A stretch of DNA of 45,903 nucleotides from Candidatus Limnocylindria bacterium (GTDB lineage: Bacteria > Chloroflexota > Limnocylindria > QHBO01), in assembly GCA_036380155.1 (NCBI GenBank), contig DASVFG010000055.1:1-45903 (forward strand). The letters are read 5' to 3'. Under the pieces are notes generated by a model, which was not told the origin of the DNA, made no database searches, and saw nothing but the letters and a program-made list of their open reading frames with translations. How positions within the stretch are numbered: position 1 is the stretch's first letter; each line of letters starts with the position of its first letter. Made by a program: the position numbers and the translations under genes. Positions 7,967-17,319 of this stretch are shown here, one piece after another.

Positions 7967-9986
7967 GGCGGAGGAGTCTACCGAGCGGCGCGTATCATCC
8001 GCAGCCGTGACCGATCCTCGCCGCCGCGCCACCGTCGCCGGAGCCGCCGTCGCCGCTGCGCTCGTCGCCGCGTGGTTCGTGCCCCCCGTCGCGGCGGCGA
8101 TCGTCTGGCCCATGCTCCTCGTCGTTCCCGGCTGGGGCCTCGTGTCCGCCCTCCGTCCGCGGATCGACGGCGCCGGGCGCATCGGCCTCGCCGTCGTCGG
8201 CTCGGTCGCAGTCTCGACCCACCTCGTGTACTGGCTCAGCCACCTCGCCGGCGGCTACAGCCGCCCCGTCGTCTTCGTGGCGGCCGCCATCCTGGCGCTG
8301 CCGATCCCGATCGCTGCGTGGCGCGGCGTTCGCCCACCACCGTTCCGCGCGTTCCGGCCGGCCATCCCGGCACTCGTCGTCGCCGGCCTGGCGGTGCTCG
8401 TGGTCGGCACGACCCTCAGCCTCGGCCTGTGGCGTGAGACGCCGTCGGGGGTGAGTTCCGGCGGCTCGAACTGGAGCGACCTGGGCGTCCACCTGTCGAT
8501 CGCCGAGACGCTGAACTCGGGGGCGAACTTCCCGCCCGAGGTCCCGTACTTCTCGGGCGCGCCGCTCGTCTACCACTGGTTCGCCGACTTCCACGCCGCG
8601 ATCCTGGCACAGGCCATCGACGCCTTCAGCGTGCCTTCCATGGTCATCCAGTCGGCGGTCCTGAGCGGGGCGCTCGCGCTGCTCGTCGCTTCGCTGGCGC
8701 GGCGGCTGCTGCGTGCGGGCGGACGCCGCATCGGCCCCCTGGCGGCCGGGCTGGCGGTGTTCGCCGGCGGCCTGGGATACGTCCGATTCATCGGTGACCT
8801 GACGACCGGCATCTCCGGCCCGGCCGAGCTCATCGCCGCGAACAGCTATGACAACCAGTGGCTCACCGGCTGGCCGTACTTCCGCATTCCGTCCGTGATG
8901 GGCACGGGGCTCCTCGCCCACCGCGCCACGACCGCGGGCCTGCCGATCCTCGTCGGCGCGGTGCTCCTCCTCGTGGCCGGGCTGCCGAGCCGGCGCGAGG
9001 TGGAGCGCGGCTGGCGCGACCGTCCCGGGCTGATCGTCGCCGCCGGAACGATGGGAGCGCTCCTCGCCCCCTTCCACTTCTTCTTCCTGCCGGCCTTCCC
9101 GCTCATCGCGCTCGGATGGGTGCTGGCGAGCGGCCGCCTCACCGACGCCGCGGCACCGCGCAACGCGGCCTGCCTGCTCGCCCCGTACATCCTGGCCGTG
9201 CCCTTCGCGATCGCGATCGTCACCCAGGCGAGCGGCTCCGGGTCGCTGCAGCCCGTGGTGATCTGGCCGTCCGCGCCGCGCGAGGACGGGCTCATCGCCG
9301 TCGTCGCCTTCTACCTCATGAACCTCGGCGTGCCCTTCGTCCTGGCGCTCGTGGCGCTGGCGATGACCGACATCCCGCGCCGGGCGTTCCTCGCCGCGTG
9401 GGTCATCGGCCTCTTCGTGCTCCCCAACGTCATCCAGGTGAGCACCGTCGACTTCGACATGAACAAGTACTTCCAGGCGATGTGGATCGGGGTGGCGATC
9501 GCGGCCGCGTGGCTCATCCGCCGCTGGCCGATGCCGGCGATCGTGGCCGTCGTGGCGCTCAGCGTGCCGTCGCCGCTCCTCGTGGCCGGGTGGACGGCGA
9601 CGTCGAACCTCCAGGCCATCTCGCGCGCCGACCTGGTCGCCTCGCGCTGGGTGGCCGCCAACACCCCGCCCGACGCGGTGTTCGTGACGGATGGCTGGGT
9701 GAACTCGCTCACCGACTCGGCCGGCCGGCGTCGCCTGACCACGTTCGGGCCGTACATCGCGAACCTCGGGTTCCAGCCGGACCAGCGCATCGCGGACGTC
9801 GCGACGATGTACTGCGGCGGGGACGCGGACCTCGCGGCCGAGCTCATGCGCCGCTACGGGGCGACCTACCTCGTCGACGGCGGCCGCCCGTCGCCGTGCC
9901 CGCAGCCGGTGGACTTCGCCACGTCGGAGGCCTTCCGGCTCGTCTACGACGTCGGCCCGCGCATCTGGACCCTGGCCTCGCCGTAG
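7965..9986 (+). CDS. large polytopic membrane protein, GT-C-fold glycosyltransferase-like / DUF2298-like
   Basis: About 673 aa with more than 12 predicted TM helices and a soluble C-terminal domain. Loop NWSDLGVHLSIAETLNSGANFPPEVPYFSGAPLVYHWFADFHAA resembles the periplasmic-loop motif of ArnT/PMT/YYY-type proteins. Start ATG 7965 or GTG 8007. Confidence 0.8.
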   Translation: MAEESTERRVSSAAVTDPRRRATVAGAAVAAALVAAWFVPPVAAAIVWPMLLVVPGWGLVSALRPRIDGAGRIGLAVVGSVAVSTHLVYWLSHLAGGYSRPVVFVAAAILALPIPIAAWRGVRPPPFRAFRPAIPALVVAGLAVLVVGTTLSLGLWRETPSGVSSGGSNWSDLGVHLSIAETLNSGANFPPEVPYFSGAPLVYHWFADFHAAILAQAIDAFSVPSMVIQSAVLSGALALLVASLARRLLRAGGRRIGPLAAGLAVFAGGLGYVRFIGDLTTGISGPAELIAANSYDNQWLTGWPYFRIPSVMGTGLLAHRATTAGLPILVGAVLLLVAGLPSRREVERGWRDRPGLIVAAGTMGALLAPFHFFFLPAFPLIALGWVLASGRLTDAAAPRNAACLLAPYILAVPFAIAIVTQASGSGSLQPVVIWPSAPREDGLIAVVAFYLMNLGVPFVLALVALAMTDIPRRAFLAAWVIGLFVLPNVIQVSTVDFDMNKYFQAMWIGVAIAAAWLIRRWPMPAIVAVVALSVPSPLLVAGWTATSNLQAISRADLVASRWVAANTPPDAVFVTDGWVNSLTDSAGRRRLTTFGPYIANLGFQPDQRIADVATMYCGGDADLAAELMRRYGATYLVDGGRPSPCPQPVDFATSEAFRLVYDVGPRIWTLASP

Positions 9987-10003
9987 GCGTCCGGGTCGGC
10001 CCG

Positions 10004-10009
10004 TATCAT
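10004..10009 (+). promoter_or_regulatory. -10-like hexamer TATCAT, 6 nt upstream of the opu operon ATG
   Basis: ccgTATCATgggccgATG, no Shine-Dalgarno. Confidence 0.4.
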
Positions 10010-10015
10010 GGGCCG

Positions 10016-11191
10016 ATGCAGGATGGATCCGGCGCCCCGGTCGCGCTCGAGCACGTCACCAAGCGCTACCCCGGAGCCGATGCGCCGGCCGTCGACGACC
10101 TGAGCCTCGAGATCCCGGCCGGCGAGATCTGCGTCCTCGTCGGGCCATCCGGCTGCGGCAAGACGACGACGATGAAGATGGTGAACCGCCTCATCGAGCC
10201 GACCGGCGGGCGCATCACGATCGGCGGTGACGACGTCATGCAGCTCCCGGCCGTCGAGCTCCGGCGGCGCATCGGCTACGTGATCCAGCAGGTCGGGCTC
10301 TTTCCACACCTCACCATCGGCGCGAACGTCGGCGTGGTGCCCGAACTGCTGCGGTGGGACCGCGCGAAGATCCGGTCACGCGCCGATGAGCTGCTCGAGC
10401 TCGTCGGCCTCGAGCCGGCGGAGTACCGCGACCGATACCCGGCGGAGCTCTCCGGTGGCGAGCGCCAGCGGGTGGGCGTCGCCCGCGCCCTGGCCGCCGA
10501 CCCACCCGTGATGCTCATGGACGAGCCGTTCGGTGCCGTCGATCCGATCCGCCGCGAACGGCTCCAGAACGAGTTCCTTCGCCTCCAGGAACGGGTCCGC
10601 AAGACGATCATCTTCGTGACCCACGACGTTGACGAGGCGATCAAGATGGGCGACCGCATCGCGATCCTCCAGCGCGGCGGCATCCTCGCCCAGTACGACA
10701 CGCCGGCCGCGATCCTTGCCGGTCCGGCCTCGGAGTTCGTCGAGCGCTTCGTGGGCGCGGACCGCGGGCTGAAGCGGCTGAGCCTCGCGCGGGTGCGCGA
10801 CCTCGAGCTCATCGAGCCGGTCATCGTCCGCGCCGGCGAGGACCGCGACGCGCTGCGGACGCGGCTGGCGCGAACCGATGAGCTCGAGTACGCGCTGCTC
10901 GTCGACGACGCCGGACGGCCGCTGGGCTGGATCGACGCCCACGACCTCCGTGGCTCCGGTCCGATCGACGCCGACGCGGCGATGCCCGGTGCTCCCACCG
11001 TGGAGCCGGAGACGACACTGCGCGACGCGCTCTCCGCCCTGCTCGGATCGAGCGTCCAGCTCGGGGTCGTCGTGGACGAGCGCGAGCGCGTGCTCGGGCT
11101 CGTCAGCGTCGACGCCATCGGCGACCAGCTCCGCGCCCCGGTGCGCGGCGCGGACGGCGAGCTCCGCCAGGTGAGCGGCGCCGCGTCCTGA
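10016..11191 (+). CDS. glycine betaine/carnitine/choline (OpuC/OpuB-type) ABC transporter ATP-binding protein with tandem CBS domains
   Basis: Walker A GPSGCGKTT, signature LSGGERQRV, Walker B VMLMDEPF, then a C-terminal CBS pair. Start at internal ATG 10016 of the 777-aa track ORF. Confidence 0.92.
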   Translation: MQDGSGAPVALEHVTKRYPGADAPAVDDLSLEIPAGEICVLVGPSGCGKTTTMKMVNRLIEPTGGRITIGGDDVMQLPAVELRRRIGYVIQQVGLFPHLTIGANVGVVPELLRWDRAKIRSRADELLELVGLEPAEYRDRYPAELSGGERQRVGVARALAADPPVMLMDEPFGAVDPIRRERLQNEFLRLQERVRKTIIFVTHDVDEAIKMGDRIAILQRGGILAQYDTPAAILAGPASEFVERFVGADRGLKRLSLARVRDLELIEPVIVRAGEDRDALRTRLARTDELEYALLVDDAGRPLGWIDAHDLRGSGPIDADAAMPGAPTVEPETTLRDALSALLGSSVQLGVVVDERERVLGLVSVDAIGDQLRAPVRGADGELRQVSGAAS

Positions 11192-11838
11192 TGGACGTCG
11201 AGTGGATCGTCCGCAACCTGGACGAGATCGGCAGGCGCACGCTCGAGCATGTCGGGCTGACCGTGGTGGCCATCGTGGTCGGCTTCGCGATCAGCTTCGC
11301 GCTGTCCCTGGCGATCCGGCGCCGTCGCTGGCTGGCCGGCCCGGTGCTGGCGGTGGGCGGGATCCTGTACGCCATCCCGAGCCTCGCGCTGTTCGCGTTC
11401 CTCGTTCCCTTCACCGGCATCCAGAACCCGCTCACGGCCGAGATCGCGCTCGTCAGCTACACGATCCTCATCCTCGTCCGCAACATCCTCGCCGGGCTCG
11501 ACGGCGTTCCGTCCGAGGTGCTCGAGGCGGCCGACGGCATGGGCTACACGAACGCGCAGCGCCTGTGGCGCGTCGAGCTGCCGGTGGCCATGCCGGTCAT
11601 CGTGGCGGGCCTGCGGATCGCGACGGTCACCGTCATCGGCCTCGTCACGGTCACGGCGCTCATCGGCCTCGGCGGACTCGGCTACCTCATCGTGGATGTC
11701 GGGTATCGCCGCTTCTTCCTGACCGCCACCGTGACCGGGGCCGTCGGTGCCGTCCTCCTTGCCCTCCTGGCCGATCGCGGATTCGTGTGGCTCCAGTCGA
11801 CGCTGACCCCGTGGGCTCGTCGCCGAGCGCGCGCCTGA
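11191..11838 (+). CDS. osmoprotectant ABC transporter permease
   Basis: 215-aa BPD-transporter permease with the EAA-like loop EAADGMGYTNAQRLWRVELP. TGATG overlap with the ATPase stop. Confidence 0.92.
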   Translation: MDVEWIVRNLDEIGRRTLEHVGLTVVAIVVGFAISFALSLAIRRRRWLAGPVLAVGGILYAIPSLALFAFLVPFTGIQNPLTAEIALVSYTILILVRNILAGLDGVPSEVLEAADGMGYTNAQRLWRVELPVAMPVIVAGLRIATVTVIGLVTVTALIGLGGLGYLIVDVGYRRFFLTATVTGAVGAVLLALLADRGFVWLQSTLTPWARRRARA

Positions 11839-11839
11839 C

Positions 11840-12583
11840 ATGGAGTTCCTCGGCGAGGTCGTCGCGTGGTTCGCGGACCCGGCCACCTGGTCCGGCTCCG
11901 ATGGCATCCCGACGCGGATCGGTGAGCACCTCGTGCTCTCGATCATCCCGCTGCTCGTGGCGATCGCCGTGGCGCTGCCGATCGGAGCGTGGATCGGCCA
12001 CACCGGACGCGCCGTGAACCTCGTCATCAACGTCGCCAACATCGGCCGCGCCATCCCGTCGCTCGCCATCCTCGCGGTGGTCACGATGCTGCTCCAGGCG
12101 TGGCTCGTGGACATCGGCCTGCGCTCCGTGTCGTCGGAGATCGCGACGATCATCGCGATGACCGCGCTCGCATTGCCGCCGATCCTGACGAACACGTACG
12201 TCGGGGTCAGCGAGGTCGACGCCGACCTCGTCGAGGCCGGGCGCGGGATGGGCATGACCGCGCGACAGGTCCTCCGCCGCGTCGAGCTTCCGGTCGCGCT
12301 GCCGGTGATCCTCGCCGGCATCCGGACCGCGGCGGTGCAGGTCGTGGCGACGGCGACCCTCGGTGCGGTCTTCGCGACCGGTGGACTCGGGCGGTACATC
12401 ATCGACGGCATCGCCCAGCGGCGGTACGACGCGGTCCTCGCGGGTGCGGTGCTGGTGGCCGCGCTGTCCATCCTCACCGAGGTCGGCTTCACGCTCGTGG
12501 AGCGTCGGACGGCCCCCGGCCGGCGCGTGAGCTCCGGCGATGCGGCACGCACGCTGCAAGGGACCGTCGACGTCGCCGGTTGA
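11840..12583 (+). CDS. osmoprotectant ABC transporter permease (second subunit)
   Basis: 247-aa permease with loop EAGRGMGMTARQVLRRVELP. Starts 1 nt after the previous stop. Confidence 0.92.
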   Translation: MEFLGEVVAWFADPATWSGSDGIPTRIGEHLVLSIIPLLVAIAVALPIGAWIGHTGRAVNLVINVANIGRAIPSLAILAVVTMLLQAWLVDIGLRSVSSEIATIIAMTALALPPILTNTYVGVSEVDADLVEAGRGMGMTARQVLRRVELPVALPVILAGIRTAAVQVVATATLGAVFATGGLGRYIIDGIAQRRYDAVLAGAVLVAALSILTEVGFTLVERRTAPGRRVSSGDAARTLQGTVDVAG

Positions 12584-12707
12584 GCCGAACGGCAACGACC
12601 CGCGTATGACTCATGTGCCGGACGGCTCGATCGGCGCGCGTTGGGTAGACTCCCGAGGCGCCGGAGGACGCCGGCAGACCACGATTCGAACCGGAAGGAG
12701 AAACCCA

Positions 12708-13667
12708 ATGCGGATGAACCGCAGGCTTGCCCTCGGGGCGGCGGTGCTGGCGCTCGTCGTGAGCGCCTGCTCGTCGGGTGAGGGCAGCGGCTCGCCGGCG
12801 GCGAGCAGCGGAGACGCCAGCGTGGCGGCAAGTGCCGGCAGCGACGGCGAGCGCTCCATCGTCATCGGCTCGGCTGGCTTCTACGAGGCCCAGCTCATGG
12901 CCGAGATCTATGCCCAGGCCCTCGAGGCCAATGGCTACACCGTCGAGCGCAACCTCGGCATCGGCCCGCGGGACACGACCCAGCCGGCCATCGAGAGCGG
13001 CGAGATCGACCTGCAGCCGGAGTACATCGGCAGCCTCCTCACCTTCCTCGGTGGTGAGGCGTCGGGCGACACCGACGAGACGTTCGACGCGCTGCAGACG
13101 GCGCTCGAGGAGGTCGGCCTGACCGCGCTCGAGCCGGCTCCCGCCCAGGACCAGAACGCGTTCGTCGTGCGCAGCGAGACCGCCGAGGATCTCGGGCTGA
13201 CGACGATGAGCGACCTGGCCGAGCAGGCCACCGATCTCGTGTGGGGCCTGCCGCCGGAGTGCGAGACGAACGAGCTCTGCTCGGGCGCGCTCGAGGATGC
13301 CTACGGCATCCCCTATGCCGACCTCCAGATCGAGGAGTACGCGGCGTGCGATGCGCCGGCCGCGCAGGCACTGAACGACGGCGTCGTCGACGTCGCCGAG
13401 CTGTGCAGCACGCAGCCGGACATCGAACGCTTCAACTTCGTCGTGCTCGAGGACGACCTGCTCACGCAGCCGGCCGAGAACCTCGCGCCGATCGTGCGGA
13501 CCGAGTGGCTCGACGCGGCGCCCGATGACTTCGCCGAGATCCTCAACGCGGTCAGCGCGGCCATGGACACCGAGACGCTCACGAGCCTCGGCGTCGATGT
13601 CGCGGTCGACCAGATGGATGTCGCCGACGTCGCGGCGCAGTGGCTCGAGGACAACGGGCTGAACTGA
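12708..13667 (+). CDS. glycine betaine/osmoprotectant ABC transporter substrate-binding lipoprotein
   Basis: Start MRMNRRLALGAAVLALVVSAC (lipobox) preceded by GGAAGGAG. OpuAC/OpuCC-type SBP body. Confidence 0.9.
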   Translation: MRMNRRLALGAAVLALVVSACSSGEGSGSPAASSGDASVAASAGSDGERSIVIGSAGFYEAQLMAEIYAQALEANGYTVERNLGIGPRDTTQPAIESGEIDLQPEYIGSLLTFLGGEASGDTDETFDALQTALEEVGLTALEPAPAQDQNAFVVRSETAEDLGLTTMSDLAEQATDLVWGLPPECETNELCSGALEDAYGIPYADLQIEEYAACDAPAAQALNDGVVDVAELCSTQPDIERFNFVVLEDDLLTQPAENLAPIVRTEWLDAAPDDFAEILNAVSAAMDTETLTSLGVDVAVDQMDVADVAAQWLEDNGLN

Positions 13668-13696
13668 CCGCGGTCGTGCAACTCACGCTACCGCCA

Positions 13697-13730
13697 CGGG
13701 CGGGCCGGTTCGCCGGTCCGCCCGTTCTCG
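13697..13730 (+). terminator. intrinsic terminator candidate after the opu operon
   Basis: 12-bp stem CGGGCGGGCCGG / CCGGTCCGCCCG (one G-U pair) closed by a UUCG tetraloop, followed by TTCTCG. Confidence 0.6.
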
Positions 13731-13747
13731 TGCATCATGGCCACCCG

Positions 13748-14386
13748 ATGCCGACCCCCTCGTCCCCCCACCTGGCGCTCGCCGACTGGCGTCGCCGCGT
13801 CGCCGCTCTCTACCGCGATGTCCGGGACGGCTCTGGCACCGCCGCGGCTCGGCTCGAGGCCTTTCGGGCGGCCCGCGACGAGCTCTTCGGCGCGCACCCC
13901 TCGTCCCCCGTCCCTGCCGGTCAGCGCTCGTCGTTCGCCGGACTCGCCTACTTCGACCGCGACGAGGCGCTCGTCCGTTCGGCCGTCCTGGAGCCCGATC
14001 CCGACGCGCCGCCCCTCGACGTGCCGCGCTCCGGGGATGGGCTCGGCATCCCGTTCCGCCGCATCGGTTGGGTGTCATTCGAGATCGGCGAAACTGCGAG
14101 CCGGCTGGCGGTCTTCTGGCTCGACGAGTACGCGGGCGGCATCTTCATCCCGTTTCGCGACGGCACGAGCGGGACGGAGACGTACGGCGGCGGCCGCTAC
14201 CTCTGGGACTCGGCGAAGGGCGCCGACCTCGGCACCGATGGCGACGCATTGGTCCTCGACTTCAACTACGCGTACCACCCGTCCTGCACCCATGACCCGA
14301 TCTGGTCCTGCCCGCTCGCGCCGCGTGAGAACTGGCTGACGACGCCGATCCGCGGCGGCGAGCGTCTCGCGAGCGACCACGCGTGA
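13748..14386 (+). CDS. DUF1684 domain protein
   Basis: C-terminal FNYAYHPSCTHDPIWSCPLAPRENWLTTPIRGGE is the DUF1684 signature. Start at internal ATG 13748; CATCAT sits 9 nt upstream. Confidence 0.85.
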   Translation: MPTPSSPHLALADWRRRVAALYRDVRDGSGTAAARLEAFRAARDELFGAHPSSPVPAGQRSSFAGLAYFDRDEALVRSAVLEPDPDAPPLDVPRSGDGLGIPFRRIGWVSFEIGETASRLAVFWLDEYAGGIFIPFRDGTSGTETYGGGRYLWDSAKGADLGTDGDALVLDFNYAYHPSCTHDPIWSCPLAPRENWLTTPIRGGERLASDHA

Positions 14387-14859
14387 CCGACGTGCGGAGC
14401 TCCAACGCTCCCGCGGCCGAGGTGCGGCGCTGCATCAAGTGCGGCCGCGAGATCGGCCCGGACGAGACGATCTGCGAGTTCTGCAACCGGGCCGGGATGG
14501 CCACGCCGTCGGCGTCCCAGTACCACGGCACGGTGGTCGTGGCGATCGTGGCGGCCGTGGCCGCCCTGGCGATCGCGGCGAGCCTCTCGCTCCGCGGCGT
14601 CGGCCCGTACGCCGCCGAGGTGCAGTCGGTCGCCGACGTGCAGCCACTCGGCTATTCGGTGACGTTCACCGTCACGAACGAGGGATCGAATCCGGGCCGC
14701 GCGAAGTGCCAGCTCGTGGCCGTCGGGCCGGCTGGCCAGCGCCTGCGGGCGGTGAACGCCATCACGGCGCAGATCGCGGGCGGCGCCACGTCCGCCCAGT
14801 CCAAGACGATCCCGGGGCTCGACGCGCCGCCGTCCACCGTCGAGGTCGACTGCTCCTGA
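14383..14859 (+). CDS. zinc-ribbon membrane-anchored hypothetical protein
   Basis: N-terminal CxxC-x13-CxxC (CIKCGREIGPDETICEFCN), one TM helix and an extracytoplasmic beta-rich domain. GTGA overlap with the DUF1684 stop. Confidence 0.7.
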   Translation: MTDVRSSNAPAAEVRRCIKCGREIGPDETICEFCNRAGMATPSASQYHGTVVVAIVAAVAALAIAASLSLRGVGPYAAEVQSVADVQPLGYSVTFTVTNEGSNPGRAKCQLVAVGPAGQRLRAVNAITAQIAGGATSAQSKTIPGLDAPPSTVEVDCS

Positions 14860-14893
14860 CGCGCGTCCTGACGCGCGGCCGAATCGAGGGCGA

Positions 14894-15406
14894 TCAGCCG
14901 TCGAGGACGACGGTCACCTCGATGAGACCGGCCGACAGTGGCTGATCGCTGACGAGCGCCCACGCGCTGTGCGAGAGGTCGACCACGCGCTCGTCGGCCG
15001 TGCCCCAGTAGCACTGGCACCAGTCGACGACGCGGAGCTCGACGCATCGATCGGCGCACACCGTCACGGTGCCGTTCACCTCGCCGGTATAGCGGCCGCC
15101 GAGGTCGCCGGGCAGCGCGACGGTGGCCTCGCCCATCCAGCCGGCGGTGCCGGGGTAGTTGCTGCCGATGCCCGTCACCTCGGTCACGGGCGCGGCCTCG
15201 GGCTGCGGTGTCCCGGACAGCACCTCGCCGCGCTCGATCGGGGTGGCCGCGAGCGTCTTCGGGGATGCGGCGCGCGCCTGCGCCATGAGCGGCTTGGCCA
15301 TCGGGTCGGGGGTCACCACCGTCCAGGCGGCAACGCCGGCAGTCACCACGGCCGTGAGAGCCGCGGCGATCAACGAGGCGACGAGCGCCTCGGTGCGAAT
15401 CTTCAC
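14894..15406 (-). CDS. secreted/anchored protein, RlpA-like double-psi beta-barrel candidate
   Basis: N-terminal signal/anchor helix. C-terminal [18 protein letters not shown]...[39 protein letters not shown] resembles RlpA/expansin DPBB. GTG start with GGAGAA upstream. Confidence 0.65.
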   Translation of the reverse strand: MKIRTEALVASLIAAALTAVVTAGVAAWTVVTPDPMAKPLMAQARAASPKTLAATPIERGEVLSGTPQPEAAPVTEVTGIGSNYPGTAGWMGEATVALPGDLGGRYTGEVNGTVTVCADRCVELRVVDWCQCYWGTADERVVDLSHSAWALVSDQPLSAGLIEVTVVLDG

Positions 15407-15535
15407 GTTGGGGTTCTCCAGGCGGGATGCGCCGTGGGCACGCGCAGCGGGCGCCGACGGGAGGCGGGGCGCGACGCATCGGTCGCTGGCCTACATCGCC
15501 TCGTCCCACGGAGTCGCAAGAAGGGTGCCAGCCGC

Positions 15536-15541
15536 TATCCT
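15536..15541 (+). promoter_or_regulatory. -10-like hexamer TATCCT, 9 nt upstream of the TPM/DUF2207 ATG
   Basis: gccgcTATCCTgcgcccaccATG, no Shine-Dalgarno. Confidence 0.35.
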
Positions 15542-15550
15542 GCGCCCACC

Positions 15551-17287
15551 ATGCATCGCTGCCTTCGTGCCCTCGCCGCGGTCCTCCTCGCCGCCGCCTG
15601 GCCGGCCGCCACGCTCGCCGCCGGCCCACCGTTCCCTGAGCCGGTCAACGACCAGGCGGTGTACGACGAGGCGGACATCTTTTCCGACGGTGCCGAGCAG
15701 GAGGCGGAGCGCATCATCGACGGCATCGAATCGCTGACCGGCGCCGAGGTGGTGGTCTACACCCAGGTCGACGAATTCGTGAGCGAGGACGAGAACCTCA
15801 ACAACGCGAAGCAGCTCATCGACCAGTGGGGCATCGGCCGATCCGGCTTCGACGACGGCCTCGTCCTCATGGTCGGGATGAGCTCGAACGGCGTGAACGG
15901 CAAGATCAGCCTCTATGGCGGCGCGGGGTACCTCGGCGCGTACGCGAACGAGGACGACCTCAAGGACATCATCGATCAGACGTTCGTCCCCGCCGCGCTC
16001 TCGGGCGACTTCGACCGCGCGGTGCTCGACTCGCTCGACGAGATCGCCGAGCGCACGACCCCGGAGCAGCAGAAGCGGCTCGAGACGCTGCGCGTGCTCA
16101 ACGCCGGGATCGGCCTCATCGCCGCCCCGCTGGCGCTCATCGGTTCCCTGTTCTGGGCATGGCGCACGTGGCGCCGCGAGGGGGACGACCCGGAGCTCAC
16201 CGACAGCCCGTCGATCCTCATGGCCGGCCCGCCCGCCGAGATGACGCCCCCGCTGGCGACCGTGATCCGCGACGGCACCGGGAGCGGGCACACGATCAAT
16301 GTCCTCCTCGCCGAGCTCGCGAGCACCGGCCGCCTGACCTTCCACAACCTCGACCAGGTGCGCTCGGCGCGATCCGACGCCGCTCCCGACCCGCTCACCG
16401 ATCCGGCGATCGAGGTCCATGCCGGCGTGGGCGATGACGACCGGCTGGCCGGCCCGGAACGCGAGGCCTGGACCCGCATCGTCGCCAAGGCAGGCGCGGG
16501 CGGCGGACGGCTCTCGCGTGAGCGGCTGTGGAGCCTGAACTCCGAGCTCAACGGCCTCCGCCGCGACGTCGAGCGAGAGGCGGTCCGCCTCGGGTGGCTC
16601 GAGCGCCTCCCCGGCCCGTCGATCAACCGCATGAGCGGGATCGGCCTCGGGTTGGCGGTCCTCGGTGGTGGCGCGATCTGGCTCGGCATCTCGATCCCGA
16701 TGAGCGGCGCGGTGATGCTGGGCGGCGCGCTCGTGCTCGGCGGGATCGGAACGTTCCTGTTCGCGCGGGCCATGAGCCAGCGCACGAAGAACGGGGCATA
16801 CGTCGACTCCATGCTCGTGGCGTACCGGCGGACCCTGCGCAAGACGATGGACCAGGCGCGCTCGATGGGCGAGGTCGTCGAACAGCCCGAGATCGCCAAG
16901 CTCGCCGACACCCCCGACAAGGCCGTCGTCTGGGGCCTCGCGCTCGGCCTCCACGACGAGGTCGCCGCCCTCCTCGCACGTGGCCTCGAGCAGCAGCGCA
17001 CCGAGACCGGCTCCCCCGCCGGCGCCTACTACCCGACGTGGCTCGGCGCGTCGTCCGGCTCCTCGTGGTCGGGGGCATCAGCCGCGGACCTGCCGGGCGG
17101 GGTGAGCTACGGCTCGGGATCCATCTTCTCCGGGTCCGCGATGCCCGATATCGGCGGCATGTTCGATGCGCTCGGCTCAGTGGGATCCACCCCTCCCTCG
17201 AGCTCCTCGAGCAGCAGCGGTGGCGGGGGCGGCGGGTTCTCCGGCGGCGGTGGCGGTGGTGGTGGAGGCTCGTCCGGATCGTTTTAA
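15551..17287 (+). CDS. TPM-domain (TLP18.3/Psb32-type) protein fused to a DUF2207-like membrane region with a Gly/Ser-rich tail
   Basis: Signal peptide MHRCLRALAAVLLAAAWPAATLAA. TPM core: VYDEADIFS...VVVYTQ...WGIGRSGFDDGLVLMV...LYGGAGY. Multiple TM helices; tail SSSSSSGGGGGGFSGGGGGGGGGSSGSF typical of DUF2207. Start at internal ATG 15551. Confidence 0.85.
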   Translation: MHRCLRALAAVLLAAAWPAATLAAGPPFPEPVNDQAVYDEADIFSDGAEQEAERIIDGIESLTGAEVVVYTQVDEFVSEDENLNNAKQLIDQWGIGRSGFDDGLVLMVGMSSNGVNGKISLYGGAGYLGAYANEDDLKDIIDQTFVPAALSGDFDRAVLDSLDEIAERTTPEQQKRLETLRVLNAGIGLIAAPLALIGSLFWAWRTWRREGDDPELTDSPSILMAGPPAEMTPPLATVIRDGTGSGHTINVLLAELASTGRLTFHNLDQVRSARSDAAPDPLTDPAIEVHAGVGDDDRLAGPEREAWTRIVAKAGAGGGRLSRERLWSLNSELNGLRRDVEREAVRLGWLERLPGPSINRMSGIGLGLAVLGGGAIWLGISIPMSGAVMLGGALVLGGIGTFLFARAMSQRTKNGAYVDSMLVAYRRTLRKTMDQARSMGEVVEQPEIAKLADTPDKAVVWGLALGLHDEVAALLARGLEQQRTETGSPAGAYYPTWLGASSGSSWSGASAADLPGGVSYGSGSIFSGSAMPDIGGMFDALGSVGSTPPSSSSSSSGGGGGGFSGGGGGGGGGSSGSF

Positions 17288-17319
17288 ACGCCGGGCTGGC
17301 GCGCGATTGCAATTGCGCG

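Noticed and set aside
10276-12831. 851-aa minus-strand ORF across the opu operon.
   Set aside because: Antisense to four well-supported ABC transporter genes. Its composition (Ser/Arg/Pro/Ala-rich, no motifs) indicates a shadow ORF.
15833-15842. Third occurrence of the ATCGGCCGAT palindrome.
   Set aside because: It lies inside the TPM-domain CDS (encoding WGIGRSGF), lacks the GCTT flank shared by the two intergenic copies, and is not near a promoter. It is probably a chance occurrence.
17215-17270. G-run-rich tract (GGCGGGGGCGGCGGG...GGTGGTGGTGGAGG), potentially G-quadruplex-forming or a repeat element.
   Set aside because: It encodes the poly-Gly/Ser C-terminal tail characteristic of DUF2207-type proteins, and no independent evidence for a regulatory role can be drawn from the sequence.
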